Positions 17,366 to 27,975 of a DNA stretch of 32,000 bases are shown here, piece by piece. Numbering within the stretch: the stretch's first letter is position 1; the number at the start of each line of letters is the position of its first letter. Source of the stretch: Candidatus Thorarchaeota archaeon (lineage in GTDB: Archaea; Asgardarchaeota; Thorarchaeia; Thorarchaeales; Thorarchaeaceae). The translations under genes were made by a program, and so were the position numbers. The notes beneath the pieces are model-generated. The model was not told the origin of the DNA and searched no databases. It was given only the letters and a program-made list of their open reading frames with translations. The stretch lies in assembly GCA_003345555.1 (NCBI GenBank), contig PRDJ01000036.1, positions 1-32,000 on the forward strand, read 5' to 3'.

Positions 17366-17784
17366 AGGCTCAACTTCCGGTATACCTCGCTATAGTCCAT
17401 GAAACGAACTCATTAAGCGGGTTATTCGACTAGATGGCGCAGGCTGCAGAATCGGCAATAAACAATTCGTTATGTGCGAAGCTTTCGAGATCGCTTGGTC
17501 CAACATCAGTGAATACTCTCTCATTATGAAGCCTGCGTCAAGAGCCGCGTTCAGCCAGGTGCTATCTGGCATCACCGCATCGGGTGCTTCCTTTAACGAC
17601 TTGACCTCATTTTCGCAAGCCATCGACCCGCTGAAGGAGCTGTAGTGAATTGTGTGAGTTGTCTTGATACAGTCTGATGGCGTTCGATGCAGTACACTAG
17701 CCCTCCAACAACAGGAAAAAGAGCAAACAAGGATATGCAGAATATGCGTCCACTCAAACAAGCTATGAAGTTGAGGGGTATACC

Positions 17785-18015
17785 ATGGGGTGGGACTTGT
17801 TAACGGCATGGCTTTGTGTGGGTCTTCCTGGAGTCGTTCTCTATTATGTTGTGACGAGTCTGTCTAACCGCAAAGGATCCAAGAAGTGCTACAAGGACGC
17901 GTCGAGTGCGAAGATGATATACTGTTCAAAGACTGTTGACTCTGCCTTCTTCCCCATGGAGTCAGAAGACTGCACCGACGCATACGCAATGGGAAAGAGA
18001 TACTCGGGCGGCTAG
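17785..18015 (+). CDS. Possible small single-TM protein
   Basis: 76 aa with an N-terminal hydrophobic helix and a GAGGGG SD-like sequence about 7 nt before the ATG. No homology recognised. Confidence 0.4.
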   Translation: MGWDLLTAWLCVGLPGVVLYYVVTSLSNRKGSKKCYKDASSAKMIYCSKTVDSAFFPMESEDCTDAYAMGKRYSGG

Positions 18016-18138
18016 ACGTCTGCCACGTGAACTCTTGGGCGTGGACTGAGTGCGCGCCATTGACTGGGTTTGTCCATTCTTCTTCAGGAAATTTGCCGTA
18101 AGTCAGAGGAACGCGTTGTCTCTCTCAGACATCGCGTG

Positions 18139-19035
18139 CTATTCGTCAAACATCTTTCTGAGACTATCAAGCAATGCTCTTGCCGAACCATCGTCCCGCT
18201 TTGAGCCAAGGAGATGCTTCGCCTCATCATAATACCTCTCTGCCTCCGACCTCTTTCCTTGAGATACGAGAACCTGACAGACCGTGAGTAGATTCGTGAA
18301 ATGCCGAGATAGGTCTCCCGAAGCGATATCGTTCAAATCGGCGGCGTGGTCCCGAAAGCCCTTCACATAGGCAAGATTCCTCGTGAGAAGTGACCTGTCT
18401 GTTATAAGAGGATCATGGCCGGCGACTAGCGAGTTCCACTCAGTATTAGCGTAAGACGCGAGAGTCGATTCATAGCTGTCGAGGTTGGGTTCGTTGAGAT
18501 AGGGTATAGCCGATTCCACGTTGTCTCCAACGAAAAGGATCTTGTCGATTTCGTCAAAGCACGAAGAAGAGTCTGATGTGTGCCCAGGGCTATGAAAGAA
18601 CTCAACCTGCTCGTCGGAGAAGACTACCCTATCAGTGAACACAACATTGGGCAGGGCTACTGTAACTTGGCCCTGAGCATGCTGATTGAATTCCACAAGG
18701 TCCTTCTTGCCTGTCTGTTCCATCCTCTTTCTGCAGTCCATGTGAGCCAGAATCATTGAAGACGGAAAGTGCATGTTACCCCATACGTGATCGTAATGAT
18801 GATGCGAATTGAATACGACCACGGGTTTGTTGATGACATGGAGTTTCCTCAGTGATGATAGCAGGTTCTGCATCGGCTTTGGTCCAAGGAACGTATCACA
18901 CACAAACACGTGCTCTGAACCGTTGATGACGTAAACGTTAGTCAAATACGGCTTGTCGAATGTCGCGAGATACCCTCTGGTCCCGACTCTCTTGATGTTC
19001 ACTCGTTCTCCTCCATAGAATCTGGGGATGGTCAA
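18139..19035 (-). CDS. Metallo-beta-lactamase fold hydrolase
   Basis: Contains HxHxDH (SHHHYDHVWGN), PGHT, LFVGD and AGH motifs. Confidence 0.9.
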   Translation of the reverse strand: MTIPRFYGGERVNIKRVGTRGYLATFDKPYLTNVYVINGSEHVFVCDTFLGPKPMQNLLSSLRKLHVINKPVVVFNSHHHYDHVWGNMHFPSSMILAHMDCRKRMEQTGKKDLVEFNQHAQGQVTVALPNVVFTDRVVFSDEQVEFFHSPGHTSDSSSCFDEIDKILFVGDNVESAIPYLNEPNLDSYESTLASYANTEWNSLVAGHDPLITDRSLLTRNLAYVKGFRDHAADLNDIASGDLSRHFTNLLTVCQVLVSQGKRSEAERYYDEAKHLLGSKRDDGSARALLDSLRKMFDE

Positions 19036-19130
19036 TCGAGCAGACCGGACCTTCCAACTGCGCTGTTATCAAACCCCGGTCAGCGTCATATCAGGATGTG
19101 CATTCAGGCCATCAAGCAGCTCAGCGACGG

Positions 19131-22046
19131 CTAGGCACCCGAATCGGGCCCTCTGTATCTGGTTGCGACTATGACTGTGACAAATGCGGCAGCAGCCAAT
19201 ACGCCCAAGGCTATCACGACTTGGAAGAATAGTGTGCCGCCAGTCGTGGAAGAGGTGGTTGATGTAGTGCTTTCACCGACAAAGACGAGAACGATACTGG
19301 ATGCTCGGTTCCCGGCTAGGTCCTCTAGGATTAGCGTGAGATTGTAGACGCCGACATCGAAGCCGCCAAGCAGAATCACGAATGGCTCGGAAGAGGAATT
19401 CCAGAGGCCAGAGGACCATAGTGAGCCGTTCAACAGAACCTGATAGTGGGCCGGATTGACTTCTTCGGTTTTCCATGTCACATTCTGTCTTGTGTCGCCC
19501 TTCTGTATTACGACGTCACTCTGGGAATTAATGACTGGGGGCGTGTTATCAATCGTCCAGACGAATAATGTGCTCATGGTGTTCCCGGCGCTGTCATTGG
19601 CAGTGACCGACAGGAGATGCCAACCATCTGTGAGAGGAAGAGAAACCGAGAAGGAATACTCAAGGGGCTCAATGGGCCCGCTGTCCCACGCAATCCACGC
19701 GTGAGAGAAATGAAGGTCTGAGATGTTGAGCAAGACCCCCACTTCACTGCGCAACACGGTGCTGTTGGATGGTGTAATCAGGATTATGGCAGGAACTATA
19801 TTGTCAACCTCGAAAACAGCTTCGACGCTCCAAGAATTGCTCGCGGAATCAAACGCGTAGACTGCAAGGGTATGAAATCCGTCTGATGAAGGAAGGTTGG
19901 TGACGTATGGCGATGACCACGTCGAGTTCGAGACCGTATCGTCCCATCGCATCAACACACTTGCGAGATGCTCGTCAAAGATGTCAAGGGTCACCTCAGT
20001 ACCTCCGACACAAATCGAAAGATTCGCTGGGCGGACCAACGTAATCTGGGGTTGCAGATCGTCTACGATGAACTGGTAATGAGTCTCAGTGACCAATGCG
20101 CGACTGTTGTTCGCCCACACAAACAGAACCGGGTTCTCCTTGCCGCTAGGCACGAGAGTTTCAAAAGGTGCCGACCATCGAACATAGTCTGAGACGTTGT
20201 CCCAAGCATACAGGACAGTGTCCAATTCCTGATCCATTACGGTCACTGTTAATTCGAGCCCGCTTCTCACAAGACTGCCATTGGGTAGGCCTTGCAGGGT
20301 GATCATGGGCGCGCCATCGTTAGTATAGAAAACGTACACTCTCTCCGCGACGTTTCCAGCGCTGTCATATGCTTGGACGTGAATTGTGTGCTCTCCGTCA
20401 CCTGCAGGGAGAGTCGTCTCGTAGGGTGCAATCCAAGTTGTGTTCGTGGCTTCGTTGTCCCAACGGTATAAGATTTCATCAAGATGATCGTCACTGACAT
20501 TCACGGCAACTGTAACGCCCGAGTAGTGTACTGTGTCATTGGGAGGCGTGAATAGAGTTATGGATGGAGGCGAACTGTCTGATGTAAAGACGAAAACCGC
20601 ACTTGCCCAGTTGTTGTATGTATCATTCGCATAGACATACAGCCAGTGGGCAACCTCGCTCGTCCGAGCAGCAAGATCGTACGGCGGGGTGAGAGTGTCG
20701 TTGGCTATGGCGTCCCAGTGGTATAACACCACGTCGACGCCGCTTTCGTCGGTGATGTTCAGGTCGATGGACGTGAATGGCTTGACCACAGAGTCGTTCG
20801 CAGGACTATTGAGCACAATGTCTGGCGCTGTCAACTCATGAGGAATGTCCAATGACAAATGTGCAGACATTGCATCAAAGATGTCGGTGTTGTGGATTGT
20901 AGCACCATTGGTCCAGCCCTCAGGCAATTGCCCCTGCTGGAACAATGGCACATTAGCTGGGGTGTGGCCGGTACCCGCCCAAGAAGTGGTCACATTTAGA
21001 GATCTTTCAATCCGAAGCGACCTGTTGTATTCCTCGGTGTTCCCAATCAATGGGATTTCTGTCCCGAGACTATCGGCAGTTATCGAAAGACCGCCGGTTT
21101 CGTGATCTGCTACAACAATCAACATGGTTGTCGGATGCGTACGTACGTAGTTGAGAGCGATACTCACTGCCTTGTCAAAGGCTATGGTTTCAAGTGCGAC
21201 ATCGACTTTGCCGTTGACGTGCGCTGCTTTGTCGATGAGTCCGCCTTCTACAATGAGAAAGAACCCATCCGAATCGGCAGATAGGATGTCAATAGCCTTG
21301 CCTGCCATCTCTGCAAGAGACGGTATGCTCGTGTAGTTGCGATTCTGCTCATAAGGGAGATTACTGTTGTCGAAGAGACCTAGGATTCTTTCCGATGAGA
21401 CCGACAGGAGACTAGTCCTATTCGTAACGAAGGCATATCCATTTGACTGCATGGTTTGGAGCTGCTCAGCGCTGAAATCCGTCAAGCCGCCACCGAGGAT
21501 TACTTCCACTCTCGAATCTTCAACTATCTGCCTGATGATTTCACTGTAACTGGTCCTGCTGAGAACATGTGTCATGAAAGCGGCTGGTGTAGCATCTCGA
21601 ACCGCAGTCGTGGTCACTATACCTGTAGACTTGTTCATGCCCTGAGCGATCTCCAGAATCGTGTCGAGAACCAAACCGCCGGGGTCAATGGAGAGTCTAC
21701 CATTGTTTGTCTTGTGACCTGTGGCCATCGCAGTGGCGGCCGCGGCAGAATCGGTGATTGCAGAATCCGCACTATAGGTTGTTACTGAGAGAGAATGGCC
21801 CAGGGTTGCCATCGTCAGATTGGCTGCTTTCCCGACCTCAACCCATGACCCAAGTTGAACATGCCCAAAGCCCATTCCATCGCCAACCATCAGTATAACG
21901 CTGTGGGGCGGCCCGCTGTCTGAAGAATAGAAGACTAAGCCGTGGCTTGGCTCAGGCAGGACTGTGATTGGACCGAGCAGGGTGACCGCAGAAGCAGCAA
22001 GCAGTAGAATGACAACCGCCGTGGCCGCGTATTTCATGTCAGTCAC
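19131..22046 (-). CDS. Secreted, membrane-anchored alkaline phosphatase with an Ig-like repeat stalk
   Basis: Signal peptide (start may be the ATG at 22037). AP motifs GDGMG, TDSAAAAT, ATPAAF, EGGLIDKAAH, ADHE and GHT are present. About six ~85-aa repeats follow, then an S/T linker and a C-terminal TM. Confidence 0.9.
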   Translation of the reverse strand: MTDMKYAATAVVILLLAASAVTLLGPITVLPEPSHGLVFYSSDSGPPHSVILMVGDGMGFGHVQLGSWVEVGKAANLTMATLGHSLSVTTYSADSAITDSAAAATAMATGHKTNNGRLSIDPGGLVLDTILEIAQGMNKSTGIVTTTAVRDATPAAFMTHVLSRTSYSEIIRQIVEDSRVEVILGGGLTDFSAEQLQTMQSNGYAFVTNRTSLLSVSSERILGLFDNSNLPYEQNRNYTSIPSLAEMAGKAIDILSADSDGFFLIVEGGLIDKAAHVNGKVDVALETIAFDKAVSIALNYVRTHPTTMLIVVADHETGGLSITADSLGTEIPLIGNTEEYNRSLRIERSLNVTTSWAGTGHTPANVPLFQQGQLPEGWTNGATIHNTDIFDAMSAHLSLDIPHELTAPDIVLNSPANDSVVKPFTSIDLNITDESGVDVVLYHWDAIANDTLTPPYDLAARTSEVAHWLYVYANDTYNNWASAVFVFTSDSSPPSITLFTPPNDTVHYSGVTVAVNVSDDHLDEILYRWDNEATNTTWIAPYETTLPAGDGEHTIHVQAYDSAGNVAERVYVFYTNDGAPMITLQGLPNGSLVRSGLELTVTVMDQELDTVLYAWDNVSDYVRWSAPFETLVPSGKENPVLFVWANNSRALVTETHYQFIVDDLQPQITLVRPANLSICVGGTEVTLDIFDEHLASVLMRWDDTVSNSTWSSPYVTNLPSSDGFHTLAVYAFDSASNSWSVEAVFEVDNIVPAIILITPSNSTVLRSEVGVLLNISDLHFSHAWIAWDSGPIEPLEYSFSVSLPLTDGWHLLSVTANDSAGNTMSTLFVWTIDNTPPVINSQSDVVIQKGDTRQNVTWKTEEVNPAHYQVLLNGSLWSSGLWNSSSEPFVILLGGFDVGVYNLTLILEDLAGNRASSIVLVFVGESTTSTTSSTTGGTLFFQVVIALGVLAAAAFVTVIVATRYRGPDSGA

Positions 22047-22066
22047 CAGAAGACGTGGTTAAGGCC

Positions 22067-22072
22067 ATATAA
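22067..22072. promoter_or_regulatory. TATA-like element in the divergent intergenic region (AP gene / AOR gene)
   Basis: ATATAA on the plus strand, TTATAT on the minus strand. It lies about 30 nt from the AP ATG and about 180 nt from the AOR start. Confidence 0.35.
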
Positions 22073-22252
22073 GGAAACCTTCGCCGCCTCCGGTCGAAAA
22101 AAGAGAAGCAATCCCGCATTCAGCAGCTGCGAGCGTCTTGCTTGCTGAGCAAGGGGGCTAGGCGAAGACTCAAATGCGGGACCAAACTGAGTGAGTCCTC
22201 TAAGCGCGTACATTTGTGCGCCATCGTCGATCAAAGAAAGCGGTGAGCAAAC

Positions 22253-24439
22253 GTGGTGCTGAGAGAGTTCACCTACAAGCTTCCAGTCTTGAACAAGGGA
22301 TACGCAGGACAGACTCTGTACGTAGATTTGAGCGACAACGCCATATCAATCAAACCTGTAGACGAGAAGATGAAAGACACGTTTACTGGTGGCAAGGGCT
22401 TCGACCTATGGCTGATGTGGAACAGCCTGCCGATGGACAAGGTAGTAAAGTGGAACGACCCAGAGAATGAGATCTGCATTGCCTCAGGTCCCCTCGGGGG
22501 TGTGCCTCTTTACCCGGGGGCGGGAAAGTCGCTTGTGACGACTATATCGCCGCAGACGGGGCTAATCATGGATAGCAATGTCGGCGGGTACTTCGGGCCG
22601 ATGCTCAAGTTCGCCGGCTTTGACGCACTGGAAATACAGGGCAAGAGTCAGAAGGATGTCTATCTTTTCATCGATGGTGATGAAGGTAGAATACAGATAC
22701 TGGAAGCGGGCGACTTGCCCACGTACGCCCACGAGATAATGAAGATTCTTACTGAACGTCACACTGGCAAAACGGGTATGGACGTATCGGTTGTTACCAC
22801 GGGTCCAGCCGCAGAACATGTCATGATGAGCTGTCTGAACTTCTCTTGGTACGACACATGGCGGAAACAGCCCCATTACAAACAGGCGGGTAGAGGAGGC
22901 ACAGGGACAGTCTTCAGGGACAAGAAGATCAAGGCAATCGTTGTCAAGAAAGCTAGGATTACTCCGGACATGAATAACCCCGCAGACCTTGAGGCGTTGA
23001 AGGCCGTAGGAAGAGAACACAGTCAAGAAATCATCCAGCTCGACCCGAAGCAGAACCGAATGCGTGTCATCGGCACAGGTCATCTGCCTTCAATAATGAA
23101 TGAGTTTGATTTACTGCCGACACGAAACTTCAGAACTGGCAGCGACCCTGAAGCCAAAGGTCTCTCAGGCGAAGTCTGGGAGAAGATGTTCACCAACACG
23201 GGCAAAGGTTGGGACGGGTGCTGGATTTCATGCGCCATCAATTGCTCCCACTGCATAGAAGGCTTCGTGCCAACAACTGGTCCTTTCAAGGGCAAGACTG
23301 TCACAGTAGACGGACCTGAGTACGAAACGATCGCTGGCTGTGGGTCCAATCTTGCTATCTTCAATGCGAGAGATGTTGCAGAGATTAACTTCTACTGCGA
23401 TACTTATGGCATCGACACTATCAGCTTTGGCACAACAATGGGCTTTGTTATGGAGCTGTTTGAGGGAGGTCAAATAACGGACAAGGCAACGGGAGGACAC
23501 AAGCTCAAGTGGGGAGCGGTGCCTGAAGTCCTGTCTGTTCTTCACGAAATGGCGACGGGTAATGGTTTTGGCGGTCAGCATTTTGGAAAGGGGATTCGGT
23601 ACCTCAAAGGCTACTTTGCTGAGAAATTCAAGGTCGACAAGTCGCTCATGCAGGATATCGGCATGGAGCACAAAGGTCTCGAGTACAGTGAATACGTCAC
23701 GAAAGAAAGCCTTGCTCAGCAGGGAGGGTACGGTCTTACACTCAAGGGGCCGCAGCACGACGAGGCATGGCTCATATTCATGGATCAAGTCCACAAGTAT
23801 CTCCCAACCTTTGAGAAGAAGGCAGAAGCACTTCACTACTTCCCGATGTGGCGCACATGGTTCGGCATTAATGGGCTGTGCAAGTTGCCTTGGAATGATG
23901 TTGTCCCAGTAGACAACAAGCAGACCTCAGAGCCTGGAAAGGTTCCAGGTCACGTCACATTCTACGCTAGGTTCTTCGAGGCCATGACGGGAAAGAAAGT
24001 GACCGGTGCTGACTTGATTACTCAGTCGGAACGCGTATACAACTTCCAGAGAGTCTTCAACCTCCGTCAGGGTCACGGCCTGAGAGCGGATGACTCGGGG
24101 ACACCATACCGCAGCATGGGACCAGTGACTGACTGGGAATACGAGAGCAGACAGGAGAGGTATGACAAGCAGCTCAAGGAGCAAGTCGGAATTGACCCTT
24201 CAAGTATGAGCACCACTGACAAACGAAAGAGACTCAGAGAGTTCAGAGAGGAGCAGTACAAGCTTCTCACCGACGCCGCGTACAAGAGACGTGGTTGGAC
24301 TAGGAACGGGGTACCAACTCTGGAGAAGGTCAAAGCATTGGGAATTGACTTCCCGTCGGTCGTCAAGTTCGTTTCCAAGTTTGAAAGTACTGAGCCGCTG
24401 AAACAGAGTCTGCCCAAGAACGACTCAGCTTGGAAGTAA
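22253..24439 (+). CDS. aor: Tungsten-dependent aldehyde:ferredoxin oxidoreductase family protein
   Basis: 728 aa. Contains SNVGGYFG, GFDALEIQG, AGRGGTGTV, GCWISCAINC, DGPEYET and CDTYGIDTISFG. Subfamily and substrate cannot be assigned. Confidence 0.9.
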   Translation: MVLREFTYKLPVLNKGYAGQTLYVDLSDNAISIKPVDEKMKDTFTGGKGFDLWLMWNSLPMDKVVKWNDPENEICIASGPLGGVPLYPGAGKSLVTTISPQTGLIMDSNVGGYFGPMLKFAGFDALEIQGKSQKDVYLFIDGDEGRIQILEAGDLPTYAHEIMKILTERHTGKTGMDVSVVTTGPAAEHVMMSCLNFSWYDTWRKQPHYKQAGRGGTGTVFRDKKIKAIVVKKARITPDMNNPADLEALKAVGREHSQEIIQLDPKQNRMRVIGTGHLPSIMNEFDLLPTRNFRTGSDPEAKGLSGEVWEKMFTNTGKGWDGCWISCAINCSHCIEGFVPTTGPFKGKTVTVDGPEYETIAGCGSNLAIFNARDVAEINFYCDTYGIDTISFGTTMGFVMELFEGGQITDKATGGHKLKWGAVPEVLSVLHEMATGNGFGGQHFGKGIRYLKGYFAEKFKVDKSLMQDIGMEHKGLEYSEYVTKESLAQQGGYGLTLKGPQHDEAWLIFMDQVHKYLPTFEKKAEALHYFPMWRTWFGINGLCKLPWNDVVPVDNKQTSEPGKVPGHVTFYARFFEAMTGKKVTGADLITQSERVYNFQRVFNLRQGHGLRADDSGTPYRSMGPVTDWEYESRQERYDKQLKEQVGIDPSSMSTTDKRKRLREFREEQYKLLTDAAYKRRGWTRNGVPTLEKVKALGIDFPSVVKFVSKFESTEPLKQSLPKNDSAWK

Positions 24440-24525
24440 TTCTACTTGGTCAATTGGCCATAGGCCGACTCTCGCGGACGACTTCCTGAGTAGAGGAAAT
24501 CCGGTTTCTACAATGCGGTCTGTGC

Positions 24526-25953
24526 TTATTCAGATCGTCTTGTCCGAATCATGAGAAACACAGGTATGGCTATGACGATGATAGACCAAGAGAACCACAT
24601 GGCGAGTCCGAGGTCTTGAATTGGGAATCCATCGATAATCCCGTTTGTTGTGTTGGAATAGGCCCGAGGATAATGATCCACACTGCCAGCATCGCCTGGA
24701 ATCTGATAGACACCAAAAAGCGAATAGTCGCTCCATTGGTTGCCGGTATCTACGCCATTGTCCCAGCTATTTCCAGAACCATCGTCCCGTGCGTTCACGC
24801 CATTATAGTGAATCACGTTGCTGAACAAACGACAGCCCGACACACCGTATCCCAACGCGATTCCGTAGCCGGAGTTCTGCCATACGTTGTTTCCAGTTAC
24901 TAGCCCGTTGATTGTCTGGACGCCTCCCCATCCATCTATGAACCCGATGCCGCCTCCATTATTGTATATGCTGTTGTCAATTATGGTTGCATTCGGTCCG
25001 AGAATCATAATCCCGTCGAATGAATTCGAGTAGACAATGTTATTCTGAAGAACGCAGTTGTCCGACCGGTTTATCAGTACTCCAGAGTACATATTGCCGT
25101 AGAATTCACCCTCTGCAACCATGACACCGCCGCAGGTGAGGACGACGACACCATATTCTGAGCCGTTTACATTACAGGACAACAAATAACAATCATAACA
25201 CGCCATCAGCAGTATACCATATGGAACTCCCCATAGGTTGCCGCCAGATAGGGTGACGGATGTGCAATTGACCAGAATCAGCTGACCGAACGAACTAGCA
25301 TCGATGTTCTCGCCCCAAACGCCCGAGAAATAGCCAAGCGGGCGTCCCATGACTGTGTTATCGGAAAATGCATGCTGAAAACCGGCGTCATCCACCGAAT
25401 CTAGCAAGACCCCTCCGTTTGTCAAGATGTTCCTAGTAAAGGTGCAATTGTAGCTGTCTTTGACCACTACAACATCACGGGACCCCTCGATAAGATTCGA
25501 ATCAAGGATGCAATCGCGGGCGTAGTAGAATTCGACTCCTATGTATACCGATTGAACAACGCAACCTTCAATGCATCCATTCGAAGTGTTGCTGAGAATC
25601 ACGCATGGGCCGTAGGAGGTAGTAAGCAGACTGCAATTCCGAACTAGAAAACTGACCGACACTTGGCTGATGCTTAAGCAATAGGACGGGTCTTGAATAG
25701 TATAGTTCTCTATCAGATAGGGGTTTGAAGCAGATCCATTTCCCGACCAACCCTCGACAACCGACTGATTGGCAAAATCGTCGTTCCCGCATATGATTAT
25801 GTTGCTGTGAGGTTGTTGTGCTTGGTTGAAGAGGGGTGACAGATTCGCTGTTCGACGAATTGGAGGACGCCCTGAGATTGAAATCAGCATCATGAGAATC
25901 GATAGTAAGGCTATAGTACGCCCTTTCAATTGCTTCCTCCTCCGCAGCTTCAA
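24526..25953 (-). CDS. Cell-surface right-handed beta-helix (NosD/CASH-like) protein with C-terminal TM
   Basis: N-terminal hydrophobic segment, GWSGNGSASNPYLI, many NxIxxN repeats, NSWDNG...GNQWSDY and a C-terminal TM. The exact start is uncertain. Confidence 0.85.
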   Translation of the reverse strand: MKLRRRKQLKGRTIALLSILMMLISISGRPPIRRTANLSPLFNQAQQPHSNIIICGNDDFANQSVVEGWSGNGSASNPYLIENYTIQDPSYCLSISQVSVSFLVRNCSLLTTSYGPCVILSNTSNGCIEGCVVQSVYIGVEFYYARDCILDSNLIEGSRDVVVVKDSYNCTFTRNILTNGGVLLDSVDDAGFQHAFSDNTVMGRPLGYFSGVWGENIDASSFGQLILVNCTSVTLSGGNLWGVPYGILLMACYDCYLLSCNVNGSEYGVVVLTCGGVMVAEGEFYGNMYSGVLINRSDNCVLQNNIVYSNSFDGIMILGPNATIIDNSIYNNGGGIGFIDGWGGVQTINGLVTGNNVWQNSGYGIALGYGVSGCRLFSNVIHYNGVNARDDGSGNSWDNGVDTGNQWSDYSLFGVYQIPGDAGSVDHYPRAYSNTTNGIIDGFPIQDLGLAMWFSWSIIVIAIPVFLMIRTRRSE

Positions 25954-26110
25954 GAAGATATTCGTGTAAATGGCTCTTATCCGTTTCGTTCATTCGTGGG
26001 TCATTTCGGAAGATGGCGGTGGAAATGGGCCTTAACTAATCCAGTGACTACGTGAATTGTGACGAGTTCTCAGATACAGACAGCTCGTGCGAGAGGAGCA
26101 ACGGATACTT

Positions 26111-27529
26111 TCATGACTGACTTGTTCCCAGTCGAGTCCCCTTTGTTCGAATTATGAGAAGCGCGGCTATGCCGAGAAGCGCCGCCGACGAAAGACCCCA
26201 GAGGGCGAGGGTGATTTCACCGGGAATGAAATCGGAAGGATTTGTGAGGACTGTCCCGTTAGCGTAGTGATCTATACTTATCGCGGTTCCCCCTACTTGG
26301 TAGAATCCAACATCGTAGTAATAATCATCCCACGCGTTACCCATTCCTATGCCGTCATCCCATTGGTTTCCCGAGGCATCGTCCCAAGCATTTGGCGCAT
26401 TGGAATGGAACCAATTGCCGTACACTCGAAAGCCTGATACTCCATTCTGCAGCAAAATTCCATGCTTCGTATTACCGTGGATGTCGTTGTAGACCACCAA
26501 ACCTCCGTACGTTTGTACTTCTCCGTTTCCAGGAATGGCCAAAATACCGCCCTCGTTAGAGGAAATCAAGTTAGAGACGATACGCACGTTCGGACCGAGA
26601 ACATCAATGCCGAAACCCCGATTCGAGTAGATTGAGTTTGTAAAGATGAAGCAGTTGCTTGACCTGTTTATCGATAACCCCGAGTATAGATTAGAAGACA
26701 GGCTGCAGTTTGAAATCGTGACATTGCCAGAGGTCAGGATGACAACGCCATATCTCGATTGATAGGCAACACAAGACACCAACTCACAATCTTGACAGCC
26801 TACCAATAAAACGCCGTAGGGTACGTCCCGGAAGTTGCCAGTGGATACATAACAATGGTCGCTCCCGATGATGAATAGCTGACCGAATGAACTGGCATCG
26901 ATGTTCCACCCAGTGACATTGTAGAAATAGCCGAGCGGGCGGCTCACTACTGTGTTGTTAGAGAATGTGTGACGGAAGCCAGCCAAATCCGCAGAATCGA
27001 ACGATATTCCACCGTTTGGAAGTACGTTGTTGGTAAATGTGCAGCTGTAGGATTCTCTGAGTGATAGGCTTTCCCGACCTCCACCAATCCAGTTGGAATT
27101 GAGAGTGCAGTTTCTGACCAAATACAATCCGACGCCAATCGCGAACGAGTTTATGATACAAAGCTCGATTACAGCATTTGAAACGTTGTTGAGACTGACA
27201 CAAGGTCCATACAGGAAGACGCTAGTAAGCCTGCATCTTCGAATCACAAAACTGACTGATACTTGGCTTATGGACAGAGCGTACTCTAGACTACTGATGG
27301 TGTAATTGTCGATAACATAAGGACTAGAAGCCGTTCCGTTTCCCTGCCACCCCTCTGTGATCGACTGACTAGTGAAATCAGCATCGCCATTGATGATTAT
27401 ACTGCTGTGTGACTCTTGTGCCAAGTTGAGGAATGCTAGCGTGTCCGCAGTGGGGCATTGCGGCCTCCCCAGCTGAAGTGGAACGAAGACTATAACAAGC
27501 CACGCCACAAATAATGTTCGGGCCTTCAA
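26111..27529 (-). CDS. Cell-surface right-handed beta-helix protein, paralog of 24526..25953
   Basis: Colinear motifs GWQGNGTASSPYVI, DASSFGQL and NQWDDG...GNAWDDY, plus a C-terminal TM. Confidence 0.85.
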   Translation of the reverse strand: MKARTLFVAWLVIVFVPLQLGRPQCPTADTLAFLNLAQESHSSIIINGDADFTSQSITEGWQGNGTASSPYVIDNYTISSLEYALSISQVSVSFVIRRCRLTSVFLYGPCVSLNNVSNAVIELCIINSFAIGVGLYLVRNCTLNSNWIGGGRESLSLRESYSCTFTNNVLPNGGISFDSADLAGFRHTFSNNTVVSRPLGYFYNVTGWNIDASSFGQLFIIGSDHCYVSTGNFRDVPYGVLLVGCQDCELVSCVAYQSRYGVVILTSGNVTISNCSLSSNLYSGLSINRSSNCFIFTNSIYSNRGFGIDVLGPNVRIVSNLISSNEGGILAIPGNGEVQTYGGLVVYNDIHGNTKHGILLQNGVSGFRVYGNWFHSNAPNAWDDASGNQWDDGIGMGNAWDDYYYDVGFYQVGGTAISIDHYANGTVLTNPSDFIPGEITLALWGLSSAALLGIAALLIIRTKGTRLGTSQS

Positions 27530-27975
27530 GAATCTCCGCCTCCATTAGCTCAAGGTCACATACCATAACTCCGCTCTTAGGCGTTTCGTCGCGCCATCGG
27601 TCAGGCAAGAAGGTGCAACACAGAAGTATCTGATCCGAACACTATAGCTGGGAGCCGGAAATGACCGGACGGTCCTGTATGGAGCAGTCATGATAGTGCT
27701 CGTACTTGGTGGAACTATACTGGGGAGAATCAGTGCGATAACAGTATGGCTCATGTTGTTGCCCGCCGGGTTGGAAGCGATCAAGGGTCGAGCAAGTACG
27801 CGCGACAAAATAGGTCAGAGTCTGTCTACGACTAGCTTCATCCACCAGTGTTCCGAGGGAGAACCGCGGAAGTGCCCGCCAAGATGCAGACATATATCGC
27901 AATACTCCATAAATAAGACCACGGCGGATGGAGAGGCACGCATTCCAATCATCTGACTGCAGGTTGAGTGATACT

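Noticed and set aside
17390-17809. 139-aa minus-strand ORF, and an overlapping plus-strand open frame (17403-17644)
   Set aside because: Neither has a recognisable motif. The plus frame lacks an early in-frame start unless an indel is assumed, so I could not decide which, if either, is real.
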